A stretch of DNA of 63,331 nucleotides, the filler included, from Choristocarpus tenellus KU-1152 (Eukaryota; Protista; Phaeophyceae): assembly GCA_964200185.2 (NCBI GenBank). It is 11 parts of 11 records of this genome, joined end to end, with 100 filler letters (N's around TTAATTAATTAA, not from the genome) between each part and the next. Parts side by side here need not be neighbours in the genome. Positions count along the whole stretch, not along the records: positions 8,132 to 12,801 come from CAXNAD020013532.1; positions 12,902 to 18,878 come from CAXNAD020009260.1; positions 18,979 to 21,855 come from CAXNAD020023991.1; positions 21,956 to 32,853 come from CAXNAD020002640.1; 7 more parts are not named here. One strand, written 5' to 3'. Both the position numbers and the translations under genes were made by a program. Numbering within the stretch: position 1 is the stretch's first letter; the number at the start of each line of letters is the position of its first letter. Positions 11,802-23,839 of the stretch are shown piece by piece. The notes beneath the pieces are model-generated. The model was given only the letters and a program-made list of their open reading frames with translations. It searched no databases and was not told where the DNA came from.

Positions 11802-14800
11802 TGAAGGAGCTGCCATACACGGTACTTCCCAGGTCTTGCGGGGTAAGTGTGAGTTCCATCAGTTACCAGTAGTTGGTATTACTTCGTAGGTACTGACAAA
11901 CTATCGAGAGTCTCACTGTAGGCGAAATGACTACAGTGATGGTAACATCGTGCAACTGCTATCGTGTGTGAATTGTCACTTGCAACGCTTGCAAAGTTTG
12001 AGTGTTCAACTCCTACACTTAACCAGTCCTAGTCACTCATAATTTGACCTGCGATATGGGGAAAAACTTTTCTCTTGTCCGAAGTGCATACGCAACTGCC
12101 ATGGATCCATTCTTCGATTGCATAGCTCCCCGCTCAAATTATCAACCACCCCTTCCATATAACCAACTCACATTATTAACAACACAGTATTAATCAAATC
12201 ATCAAACCGTTTCAAGCCTCTCCTCATCTTTTAGTCTCTCTTGCACTTACTACCAACACTGATGAAGAAATTCTTCCTCCCCCCTTTCGATAGTGGAAAA
12301 GTGGGTGGTGTGGCCATGCATATTCATGTCGCGAATGCAATCCCCTAAGATGGGAAGGGTGGATTAGGTTTGTTAGATACAATTCCATGTACCTTTCATT
12401 CGATACACTATGCACACTCATGCATGTCGTTAGTTAATTCCTTATGAAAATTGTTGAAGGTGATTGTGTGTTTTCAAGTCATTCAATCCTATTCCATATT
12501 TGCATCATGTGCTCTTTGGCGTGACATGGATCGTACCTTGTGAGATGAGCTGTCGGGTTGTATGGAATGTCGAAGTAATGTGATTAAATTTCATTTCATC
12601 TTTGTGCCATGTGCACTCAATAGGGCCATATTTTGAAAAGCTTGAGAGAGGGTCAGACTTGACATACTTCTGTTCCCATACAGCTATTACCACACGGCAT
12701 GCTCGCTCGAGTGTAAACAAAAAATCGTCAAGGTTGAAGTGCTTGAATGTTACAGGCGAATAGAGCGAGTATTTCTTCTTGTATTTCAACGAAGTGCAAA
12801 CNNNNNNNNNNNNNNNNNNNNNNNNNNNNNNNNNNNNNNNNNNNNTTAATTAATTAANNNNNNNNNNNNNNNNNNNNNNNNNNNNNNNNNNNNNNNNNNN
12901 NCCTCCCCTCCCACCCCCTTGGGTACCAACTATAGCTGCATTTTCTACATCAACAGGAAGTACTGCAGGTGTAGCCCGATCCACCAGTACTAACAGGGGA
13001 ACTGGCGCTGCCTCTGGGTCCAACGTTGCTGCCACGAATCGGTAAGGCTTGTCTTCGCATTGTTCCTGTTCAAAACCGTTTCTGGTGGAATAATTGGTTA
13101 GTGATTGAATGTGCTGCAGTGGTATGGCGGGTGAGATATTATGGCTTTGACCAGCGAGTGCTTGAAATCTACGTTCAGAAAAGAGGAATCATTATGATGG
13201 TGGCAATTGCAATTTCCTTATTTTTCCTCTATTGCTTGGTAGTCCACAACAGACGCCCAAACTCCCACACCAACAATTCATTCGTTAATTGCTGTGCCAA
13301 TATGAGATCGCCCCAAGAAACAGTTGTGTACGTCACAGTGTACAAAGGGCAAACCTCCCAATCCCGCAACAATAGCAAGCAGTATCCTTTTCAGCTTACT
13401 CATCGCAATGGGCGTATTCAGTACGTATATTGAAACAAATGTTTGTATACACTATGTGACATACAGCACGTATGTATGTATATGGACATGTGGGTGGAGT
13501 ACTATTCTCAGAATAGACCGTGGCTACCCTCCCAGAGGAGCCCTTGCACATGGATCGTGACTAGGTTTTCCCACTCCGAGAGCCGTTCAAGTACTTCAGA
13601 GCCTATCTTATGCCCCAGTCAGCAAGGATAGAAGAGTAGAGCTCTATGTAGCCAGACGTCTATACTAACACGTTCTGCAAGAATCCTAGCGAATAAGACG
13701 GTCTAAATTAAACGAGTCTCAAACGCAATACCAGAGTTAATCAACACATGCATCAAAAGGCTCATGGCACTACATGGATATAGGTGTGACAATCAGTGAC
13801 TCTCTCGCTACTCAGCAGTTGAACAACACGCTCCAAGCATGCTGTTTCTTTCACCCCCTTACATCCAAGTGCAGGTGCTCAACAATACAATTATCATTCA
13901 GTCCTGACACAACCAAAAAATGTAAGGGTAAAAAAACGCATTCGTCTGTGGTGCCGATGGCATCGTTTCGTCCGTGAGTACTATTGAGAAGGGGGGGGGT
14001 TGTCAAAGACTTTTATTTGTCGGCAGCAGAAAAAATAAACTATGAAAAAAAAAAAATGGAGGATACGGAAATACCTTTTTTGCAATTCATTATGAAATCC
14101 CGCCACCAAGTATGCCAATGCAAACCAAAACAAAAATTGTGATAAACCAAACATCCTCTGCAGCAGGGCCTATTAACCTCCCTGCCTGCCCCAAGTCAAC
14201 CTTGCTTTTCACTTTCCCCCAACCTTACCGTGTGCTTTTGTGCCCCAGGCCGGTGAGTTCAACAGGTCAACAAGTTGCCCATAAGAGGACTAAGTCTGGA
14301 GGGGGTCAACAAGGTAAAAGGCCTCGACGTTGATATGTACTCTGGGTTAGTCAATACGGGTGACTGAAGAGGGGATGGCGAAGTTGGGAGTGGAGGTGCA
14401 CGACCAAGACAGGATGTAGAGGAGGCAATGGTGCTGAAGAATGTAGTTCTCAAGCTCTCAAGGCCTATCTGTATGTGTGTGCAAGGGTGATGCTTGCCTA
14501 TTGTTTGTTTTTGTTGTAGATATGTGTTCATCTTGTGCGTGTTTGTGTCCCTCTATCTGAGTGAGTGTGTAGTTCGTACAGTCATAGATGATTGTCTGAT
14601 TTTGTCTTGTGATCTATGATAATGCGATTTGACTAATATAGTGCGAGTGTGCTTGCTCTGGTTACTGATATGATTCATAGTTCAGGGTGGGATGGAGCTC
14701 TACTAGACAACTGTTTGTAGTAGAGTTTGTGACAGTGTTGAATGTCCCCGTCGCTTGGTGGCTGTGCTAGTTACGCACGGAGGGAAGTCTTTGTGTAATG

Positions 14801-16666
14801 TATGTCTGCGACATTTGTTGAGTCGATCTACGACTGGGGTGCGTAGTTAGCAGTACTGCCATGTACTGTTAAGTGATAAAGTGAGAAAGAAAACTGGTGA
14901 TACACAGTCTATACGAGGTTGGTACTCACAAATGCAGAGTAATGTGTTATCACTGGAGACCTCACTTCAGCAGTGTTTAGTGATGGGGACAAGGTGTGAA
15001 CGTCCCGATTATGAAACAAAATGAGTACCATGCTGTTCAGAACAATACTGTGCTGCATACTACTAGCCTTCGATGGGGTTTTTTAGGTGTGCTCACATTC
15101 AATACGGTATATGAAACTGGTTACCTCATCTCTAAATTTATCGCAAGATCAGAAACCGGCACGAAAAAAATATTTTGAAGAGAGTAGGGTGGAGGAGCCC
15201 AAGGTTGAAGGTGAGAGATCGGCGTTTCGGTTTTGAATCAAAGAAGAAAGGATGGACGTCAAGCTTCTACATAGAGTAAGGAACTTGCCTCCGTTTACTA
15301 CCTGCATGTGAAATAATCGGTCGGGTTTGTGCCGTTGGATGATTGGAATATCAGGTTGAACTTGTGGTTGGACAATGTGATCGAGTGAAGGGATATTGCA
15401 TTGCGGACGTAGTTGGGTGCTTCATTCCCACATATGATGTTGATGTAGGTGCGTTGAACTGGGTGATCTTCTGATGTGTACTTGGGGGAGATCTCCACTA
15501 TAGTTACCAAGTTGTTACCAAGGAAAAGGAAGGATGCAAGGGTGAAGCAGGCACACTTTTGTAACCAACAAAACTGCAGACAATACTGGGGGACGATGAC
15601 TTGGACAGGGCCAGAGGAAATTCTGAAACTAGGTATTCAGATGACTAGTAGATATTGGTCTGTTACTTTTTTTGGAGGGGGGGGGGGCAGACAAGCCAAT
15701 GAGAAGCCAGTAGGCAAACGAATCAAACCTTCTGAGAGGTAGGAAGGATTACAATTTAAGGATCCCGATAAGCAGCAAAAATATGTTACTTTGTACATTT
15801 GCAGAGCCTTTGCCGAATTGTGGTGTCACCTTGCGTGTGGAACAGGGGGTATCTATTTTGTGTATAGTATTGTGCGTACAAGCAATGAGGTGGAGTGTAT
15901 TGTACAAGGTAATAAAGATGACTTGGAATGCAAAAGGTTCCAAACTTGCGTACCTTTCGATTGGTTTGACTCAAACTCAGGATCAGTATTTTTATATTCG
16001 ATGGCTGCATTTGGGTTTGGGTCCAAGACTGAAAGAAGTCAGTTGGGCACTTCTCCGACAGCAAAAAATTCCCCTTCTCAGTAATTGTATGGACAAACCA
16101 GAAACCTTCAGTGATTTTGTTCTTTTTGACCCATTTCATTTTATACTTTCCATATTCTATTTTGTATATTATATACTCGACATGTTCGGGGTCAAACTCT
16201 CCCTGTTAACAAGAGGGTTAAGGTTGTCGAGCACTCCGCTTTTTCCTGAAACTAAATCCTCGTGTGTGATTGGTGATGCTGAGACCATGACTCAACGATA
16301 TTCTATTAGTAATATCGTTCACGTTGCCATGACCATATTTTGTTGCGTCCAATTCATAGAGCAAAGTAGTTAAATACGGTTCAAGCAACTTTGCTGGATG
16401 GATAAGCAGAATATTTTTATGCGGTTATTTGGAGTAGAAGTAAACGTTACATGACGGTATCTAGAGTGGTATTTGGAGTGATCCTGATATCTACTTGCAC
16501 ACATTGCCTTCTCAAAACGAGTTCTCCTCTGTGTGTGAGGTGAACGCTTAGTTGAGTACATGGTACAGATGTGCAATGAAGGGGGCTGGTTCCCTGGACT
16601 TCTTGTAAACTACATTCTTAAAAGAGCAATGTATTTTCAAAGGCAGTGCTCTATGGAGCAGCCAGT

Positions 16667-16842
16667 GGCTCAAAGTATCTGGGGGGGGGGTGGTGGCTGC
16701 CCATTTGGGGACTAATTTTCATGTTGCGATTTTTGTGTTATTTTGTTGCATACGTCGGATGGATATTGCAGGTGCACTTTTCCTGGTCATGGTCCAAATG
16801 GACACCCCGGTGTAGTTCCCCCCCTCTAAGATACCTTGGGTC
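16667..16842 (+). mobile_element. MITE type B
   Basis: ggctcaaagtatctggggg ... agataccttgggtc; 3-bp TSD agt/agt. Confidence 0.88.
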
Positions 16843-17102
16843 AGTGCAAGCAAGGGATAAGTGTAATTGAAGTACAAAAAGAAGAGGGGTATGTGGGGTA
16901 CCAGCATCCCGAAAACAAAACAGCAACAGTGTGTGTAACATGTCGTGCAAATTTATTTAGCGCTCTACAAACATACTAACACAAAGCTTCCAGTCAAGGT
17001 CGGCACTAAAATACCTTCACGATCGAAAGGTAGATATACAATTACTACTACCGCTGGAAATAATATTTACGTTATATTGAAATGTGAGTTATTGTGTTGA
17101 GA

Positions 17103-17140
<38 letters not shown>

Positions 17141-17669
17141 CCAATTCGATGTGTACTTGTCTGTGTAATTGTGTACACATCTGGGAAAACGTCTGTGATA
17201 TTTGGCTGACATGCGTGTATGAGTTTCTGTTGTGTGTGCCATTGTGTAGAGATGGGCATACATCTGTGTAGTAAATATGTACACATGTGTGTATGTGTGC
17301 GATGCATATTCATGTGTCTGTGTTTCTGGTTAATTTAATGTGTGTGTGTGGTTGTGTCTGTATTTCGTTCACCCCATGTGTGTAACTGTGCTATTCTACA
17401 CTTATGTTGTGTGTGTTCGAGGTTCAAAACACAGCGGTAGTAGTAGTAGTGGCAAGGGGTAGTAACCCTATTGTCCAAGCTTGATATCGAGCCCCATACC
17501 ACATGAGCCTGTATCATCCTGAACCTTCCTGGTATCCTTGATATAGCCTATTCCAAGGACGAGCTGCAATCAAGGTGTTGTCTTGATTATGTTCGAAGAG
17601 CTGAAGACACCATGGAGCTCATTCAGGTGGCACAGAGGACTGGGTTAAGTGGGTAGACCTAACTAAGTG

Positions 17670-18390
17670 CTCCCTCTGTCCCATAAGTCTGTACCGTTAA
17701 GTTGTAGCTCTTCCGGATCACCTTTGATTACAAAACGGATTTTTGCGTTGGAATCCTTGGAATATTTTGCATCAACACACAAATCCGAAGATTTTTTGCA
17801 AAGAATTCCGTTCTTAAGTAGTTCCGAAAGAATGGAACACAGAACAGAAAATTCTCGGCTCATTATTTATTGGTCCTGGTGCAGCGTGGAGCTGCCCACC
17901 ACTCTCACAACCCCACCGGTATGCACTCGAGTGAATACCTCTCCAACAGCCCTCAGTATCAACAGTAAGGGAACAGGATTTCAACATCAATGATTTAGGT
18001 TTTCTCGCATCCCTGAAGAACAGGGTTTGGGTCGAGCGTTCCAGCACTATTGATGACCTAGTATAGGGAGTTAAGAGCATGTTCCAGGTATACAACGCAC
18101 ACACGCTCAAGAGGGTGTTGCAGGGTCTGTTTAAGAGGTACAATCATGTGTTAAGAGCACTGGGGGAGAACAATATCGAGGTAGAGCACACAGGAACCAA
18201 AAAAAAGACAGCAGGAGGGCGGGTTGGCTAGACAGGTCGAAGTAGACCGAGTCGCCTACAACAATATATATGTAACATACTTAAATAGTGTGGAATATAC
18301 TAAGGAACCTAACGCAATAATCCGTTTTGTAATTGGTGGTCACCTAGAAGAGCTACAACTTAACGGGACAGGCCAATGGGACAGAGGGAG
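17670..18390 (+). mobile_element. Internally deleted Tc1/mariner element (plant-type DD39D / Stowaway-like)
   Basis: ~100-bp imperfect TIRs starting ctccctctgtccca / ending tgggacagagggag; TA on the right, TG on the left. Interior 17977-18210 translates DFNINDLGFLASLKNRVWVERSSTIDDLV*GVKSMFQVYNAHTLKRVLQGLFKRYNHVLRALGENNIEVEH, like the DD39D transposase C-terminus (SPDLNVLDLGFF.SLQ...IDEL...V...F..Y....L.RV). Confidence 0.88.
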
Positions 18391-19769
18391 TACATCGATA
18401 TTTTCATTGCCCACTACGACATTTTGTAGATAATAGATGGAGTGTCATGGGGGGGACCAGAAGCAACAGGTAAGGGGAAGAAGGCAACAAACATATCGAA
18501 CAAATACAGAGCCTGCAATTGATTACAATATAGAACTTCCAAACCAACAGTAGTTAGGTGTAGTGTATTTGAAAATATGAAACCAAATCTGTCTTCCTAG
18601 GAACCTACATACTGAAAATGACAGAACACTACGTGAAATACAACCAAGAAACATATGATGACACGCGCGCGCGCGCACATGCACACACACAGCTGAAAGT
18701 ACTCCCAGACGGACAGTGTGAAGGTGGTCTAGTAGAGATTAGGGGAAGATCCCGCAAGTTCCTGCCTCACCAACTGACCCAGAGTCTCCACCTTGCAGCG
18801 TACATATTATATCCAAAAAGTACGGGGCAGGGTAGAGGGGCCTCTTCCACTGCAGGTGCATGTACCGGGGTGCCCTTGNNNNNNNNNNNNNNNNNNNNNN
18901 NNNNNNNNNNNNNNNNNNNNNNTTAATTAATTAANNNNNNNNNNNNNNNNNNNNNNNNNNNNNNNNNNNNNNNNNNNNTCTTTTAAATGACAATACAAAA
19001 AAAAACATATTGACACTTTATCCCAGTCAATTTTGGGTCAAGTCCATCCTCAATGAAAAGCTCCATCCTCAATTATTGAAATCGGCTGTTTGGGGGGCTG
19101 ATCATGCGTCTGCGAGTGCCCCTGCATGGAACACTAGATCCATGCAGAGATTCCTGTTGACAGCTATTATTGTACACTTGTAATGAGAAATCCAGGATTT
19201 TTACATGGTATAATCCAAGGATGCTACAAATAAATATGCATTCACTTCTCTTAAACAGTTTATTGTTATTACGACTATATACGAATTTATACGAAATATA
19301 TGTAACGTAAAGCCTCTCTAGACGTGTGTACTACTATCAATACAAAAAAACTCTGTTTCGAAGATACCGCTTCAATCCTCTAGTTATTATCTTGGAGACA
19401 GATCGTAACAGATAGGTGAGGTGGCCTCCCTCTTTTCATGGAAGCAATGTGTACCAAAGTGAGGGGAGAAGTAGTACGTAGGTTGTTGTAGAGCGTATAA
19501 TAGGACCCAAACTTCAAACAACTCGGGAAAAAGGGGAGTGGAAGCTGTAAGACACACTCTATCGTGAGATACTTCCTACGACGTTCCGAATTAAACGTAA
19601 CATAACTATTCGAATTTCGATGAAGAAGCAAGTTTTCTTTTCACATGTTCCTATTTTATGGGTGTGCTGTGTACACACTAAAAGGTTTCGAGCAAAATCT
19701 CAACCAGAATGGGGCAGCCTACACCTACCTATGATTCCGTCCCCGAAGCCCTCTAAAACTCAATTCTAA

Positions 19770-20010
19770 CATGGAATATCGCCGCATCCACCAGGGCATT
19801 TGGGGGGAGGTTGTCCATATTCTCAACATTTTCATTGCTGAGATGGGAAACTTTGAAGATGTCACGATTGGACCCCAGCACTTCGCCACAGACTGCAAAG
19901 AAAACATGCCACATCTTCCATCAGTTTGCTGGATGGAATGAATGAGCCCCAGGTCGTTGACATTGAGGTCAGGTCAGGTAAGTTGGCTTGCTAGGTCTTT
20001 ATGACTGTTG
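19770..20010 (-). pseudogene. Second DD39D mariner transposase remnant (frameshifted)
   Basis: Minus strand gives QANLPDL / NVNDLGLIHSIQQ, then in another frame VFFAVCGEVLGSNRDIFKVSHL...LPPNALVD; resembles QPANSPDLNVNDLGFFHSIQ and the downstream tail. Confidence 0.65.
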
Positions 20011-20075
20011 TAACCTGGGGTTGAATTAATCAATGTCCCCCACCGCCTCCTTGGTTTCCTCCATGATCCCCCCCT

Positions 20076-20655
20076 TGTTTCCTTTGGGGGAGTGCCATCC
20101 TAAAAGTCACAGGATACAATCACAAGTAATTTTCTCTGACCTAATGCGAGCATACATTTGTTCATTTTTGAAGGGCTAGCTCAAAAGTTACAAAGCATAC
20201 ATTGCTTGACTTGACCTACAAATAATGGGTCCCCAGCTCCAATCTTCCCAATCAGAACTGTGATCAGTGTGTATCATTGCTTCCATGGGGATTGTCCCTC
20301 CTGAACGTTGCAGGATATAACCACGCTCAGTTTGCATCTAGCGTAATCTGAGTATGCACTTGTTTCTTTTGAAGGTGTGGTTCAAAAGTCATAAGGCATA
20401 CATCTCTGACATGGTCTAAAAATAATGGGTCCTCAGTTCCGATTTTCCGAATCACAGCTGTGATCAAAGCGTATTTTTGCTTCCTTTGGGAATGTCCCTT
20501 GAAGTCACAGGATACAATCACGGTCAGTTTGCATCTGGCCTAAACAGAGCGCACAATTGTTCCTTCTGAGGGTCTGATTCATAAGTTACAAGGCATACAT
20601 CTCTAACTTGACTTACAATAAAAGGGTCCCCAGTTCCGATCTTCTCGTATGGTAC
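20076..20655. repeat. Diverged ~200-bp tandem repeat, ~3 copies
   Basis: Units start ~20106, ~20308, ~20504 (gtcacaggatacaatcac-like) and share gcatacat and aatgggtcc..ag.tcc.at.tt. Confidence 0.85.
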
Positions 20656-22493
20656 CTGACCCTCCTATTGTACATTTGTTACCCTTGGGATAAGGATATA
20701 ATTTCTCTCCTGTTGAGTTACTCCTAATCTTCATCTTCAAAGGTACCCTCCAATACGGTGACTTGAAATCAGAACCTTCTCCAGAGTGCCAAGTATCGAT
20801 TCCTCTTTTGTCTTTCCATGACTTCTTGACACAGGTATCTGTGAGTCACAGACAGAGCACACCTTGTGTTTCCTTATCCACCTGCGATTGTATTATGACT
20901 GATCGAACTGTTGGTTATTTCTGTACCTGAAAGCGTTTATTGCAAGGCAGGAAAAGTAAAACAAACAGAGAGGACACCAACGGACGACAAGAGTGAGTAT
21001 GTGAATCAGGCGGAACCTACTCTACAGAGAATCGAGACATGCATAACACACAACACTAATGCTGCCAGCACCCCCATGGATGACCTCCACACCTCGAAAT
21101 TATGGTCTGGGGCACAGGCCATTGGTGCGACCCGGTGGACACATTAAGTCGGGCCACATTCTTGTCTAGCCTTAAGGTCGTAAAGAAAGACCCTGAAGCC
21201 ATGCACTCCAGTAAAGCTCATTGATGTAGAAGCTCCATTACTCGCTGAGGGTGGGCCACAGATGCGGCGATGTACACCATTTCCCCCCAATTAAAGAGAA
21301 GTGAAGAGGGACACGGGTCGATAATATTCCAGGGAGTTGACAACAGTTCTATCCGGTAAGCTAAGTTTTCTTCTTGGTTTGAAGAGACAACGTAGGGCCG
21401 CCATGTTCTAAAATGCTCCGCATGCTTACCACGATGGGATATGCAGCTCCAATCCATAAGAATACATGCGGATCTTAAAGCTCGTATACAAGGCTCCATG
21501 GTGCATATGTCGTCAAGTATACTAGATCTCTCACTTCGAATATTCATTTTCATAAGTATCATCATCATCATACAACAAGAACGATGCCGCCATCAAGACA
21601 TATCGGCTGTAACAAATTTTGTCGAGGGAGCAAAAAAGGTGAATGCCAAGTTGAGTTTATGTCTTGTTAGCTATCAAATAGCATCTTCGTTGTTTGATAG
21701 CCTGGAGACTGTTGAAATGGACTGAGGGACTTGAAGACTCAGCAACCACAACTCTACAATCCACTTGTGGGCCCTGGGTAAACGCAAATGTTACAGGCGC
21801 CCCTCAATGCTCACCTTTCCAGGATGTACAAGTCAAGTCCAATTCACAGGCTAACNNNNNNNNNNNNNNNNNNNNNNNNNNNNNNNNNNNNNNNNNNNNT
21901 TAATTAATTAANNNNNNNNNNNNNNNNNNNNNNNNNNNNNNNNNNNNNNNNNNNNCCCCCCCCCCCCCCCCCCCAGATACTTTGAGCCAGACCCGGGCCG
22001 AAAATGGACGCCCACCCCCCCCCCCCCCAGATACTTTGACCCATTTGTTCTTTTGCTGGTATACCTAGGGTTCAATCACCATCCCTAGTCTGTACATTTA
22101 GTTGACGCAAGTGCAGGGCAATATGCGGCAAATGTGAATAAAACGTATGATGGACGGCAATATATGGAAAGGAAATGATATGTCTTAGTTGAACGATATG
22201 TCACAACAATAGTTCTGTTCTACATTTTTTTCCTTGAAACAAACATGGTTTCTCAGATATCAGGTACCAATCACAGATTCCAGATCTGCTGGATTTGACT
22301 GCCATGAGCCGGTAAGGAGACCAGTCACATGCCGCGATAACATGAAGAAATATAGAACATTTTTAGCTCATTCCCTGAAGCTCTACCCATAGCCACTTAA
22401 GCTGGAACTCTCACTGGTAAACATAGGCCACTCAGTCGATCACATAGTAGGCTGACTTACCATAGAGTTCAGTCCACAACCTGAAAGTACTCA

Positions 22494-22935
22494 GACCCAA
22501 AGTATCTGGGGGGGTGGGGGCGGTCTACACCAGGGTGTTCATTTGGGCCAAAACCAGGAAAAGTGCATATATATTATCCATCTGACATCTGTAGCCAAGA
22601 GCCAAAGTATCTTAGAGGGTAGAGCGGCGTCCATTTGGGGGCCAAAATCCAATGTTGCGATTTTGATATAATTTTGACTATCGTGTTTGTTAGGAAGTGT
22701 CAATATCCTTGTTCCGGACCCCCACCTCTTCATAGCGTATAAATTTTATCTACTCCGAAATATTTTGGAGTAGGTGAAAGTCGTATAAACTCCAAGGGAA
22801 GTCAAGCCCCAAATGGACAAACAGGGCAAAACTTGTATCCTCTAAGATACTTTCACTCCAAATCACACAAAAATTGGGACATAAAAAAATTGACCCCAAA
22901 TGGACAGCCGCCACCCCCCCCAGATACTTGGAGTC
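22494..22935 (-). mobile_element. MITE type B (TSD tca/tca) carrying a nested MITE type A at 22599-22858
   Basis: B interior is interrupted at gtagccaa|...|caaatcac by a complete A copy (gagccaaagtatcttagagggta...taagatactttcactc) with caa duplicated. Confidence 0.9.
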
Positions 22936-23839
22936 TCAGTCGAACACTCGAATCATTAGAACTAGTTCGAGGTATTTCATTTCTTCACTTCTAGCATTCT
23001 GTGTTCCCTCATGAAAAACATTGTCATCTGGTGCGTTGATTGTACACAGATAGATGACTATAAGTCTACTCAAGAGAAATATGTCGTGCTTACTTCACTC
23101 ATGCACTTTCGTTTCAAGTACAACGGATACTTGGAGTAGATGAAAATTGATAAGGTTCATTCACTGGCGGACTATTCACCTCAGTTGACTTGAAAATGAT
23201 GTTCAGATCGAAATGATTCAAGGTAGACAATGGTCGAGTAGAATGACAATGGGAAATGAATGCTGTAGTCACTCTTTTTGTTGTTTTCTTCCATTCTCAT
23301 ATTCTTTCACAATCAGATTCCAGATTCTTTGCATTACATTGTTCATTTCCTTTCTGCATGCTCAAGCACACCGGCACTCTCATCCTAATAGTCTACATCA
23401 GAAACAAGGGACTGGTAATCTACTATTGGAGTTTATCTGCACTGGAGAGCCTGTTCATCTATGATCTCATCATTCTCTCTGTTCAAGTGAAACCAGGGGT
23501 TCATTCATCAAGGGATCACCAGATAACGATATCACAGGTTTCAATTGGTCCTTGGAAACAATCTAACTTAGACATTTGGCCTAGAAAAATCTGCTATATT
23601 GCAAGTTCCTAGTATTGCTTGTTGCTTGGAGGGGGGAGCATACTGGCGTTCAGTCAGCATGCCCCACTGATGCAAGCAATAATAGCAAGCAGACATGGAC
23701 TCCCTACGGATAAATATTCCTATGGTACAGCTAAGAAAAAGCACACTCAGTCAACAGGAAAATCAATAATACATGCTTATCCGTATCTAAACCCTCGCTT
23801 GTGCTTTCTGCTGACACAGGAGTAGGGAGTATGACTTGC

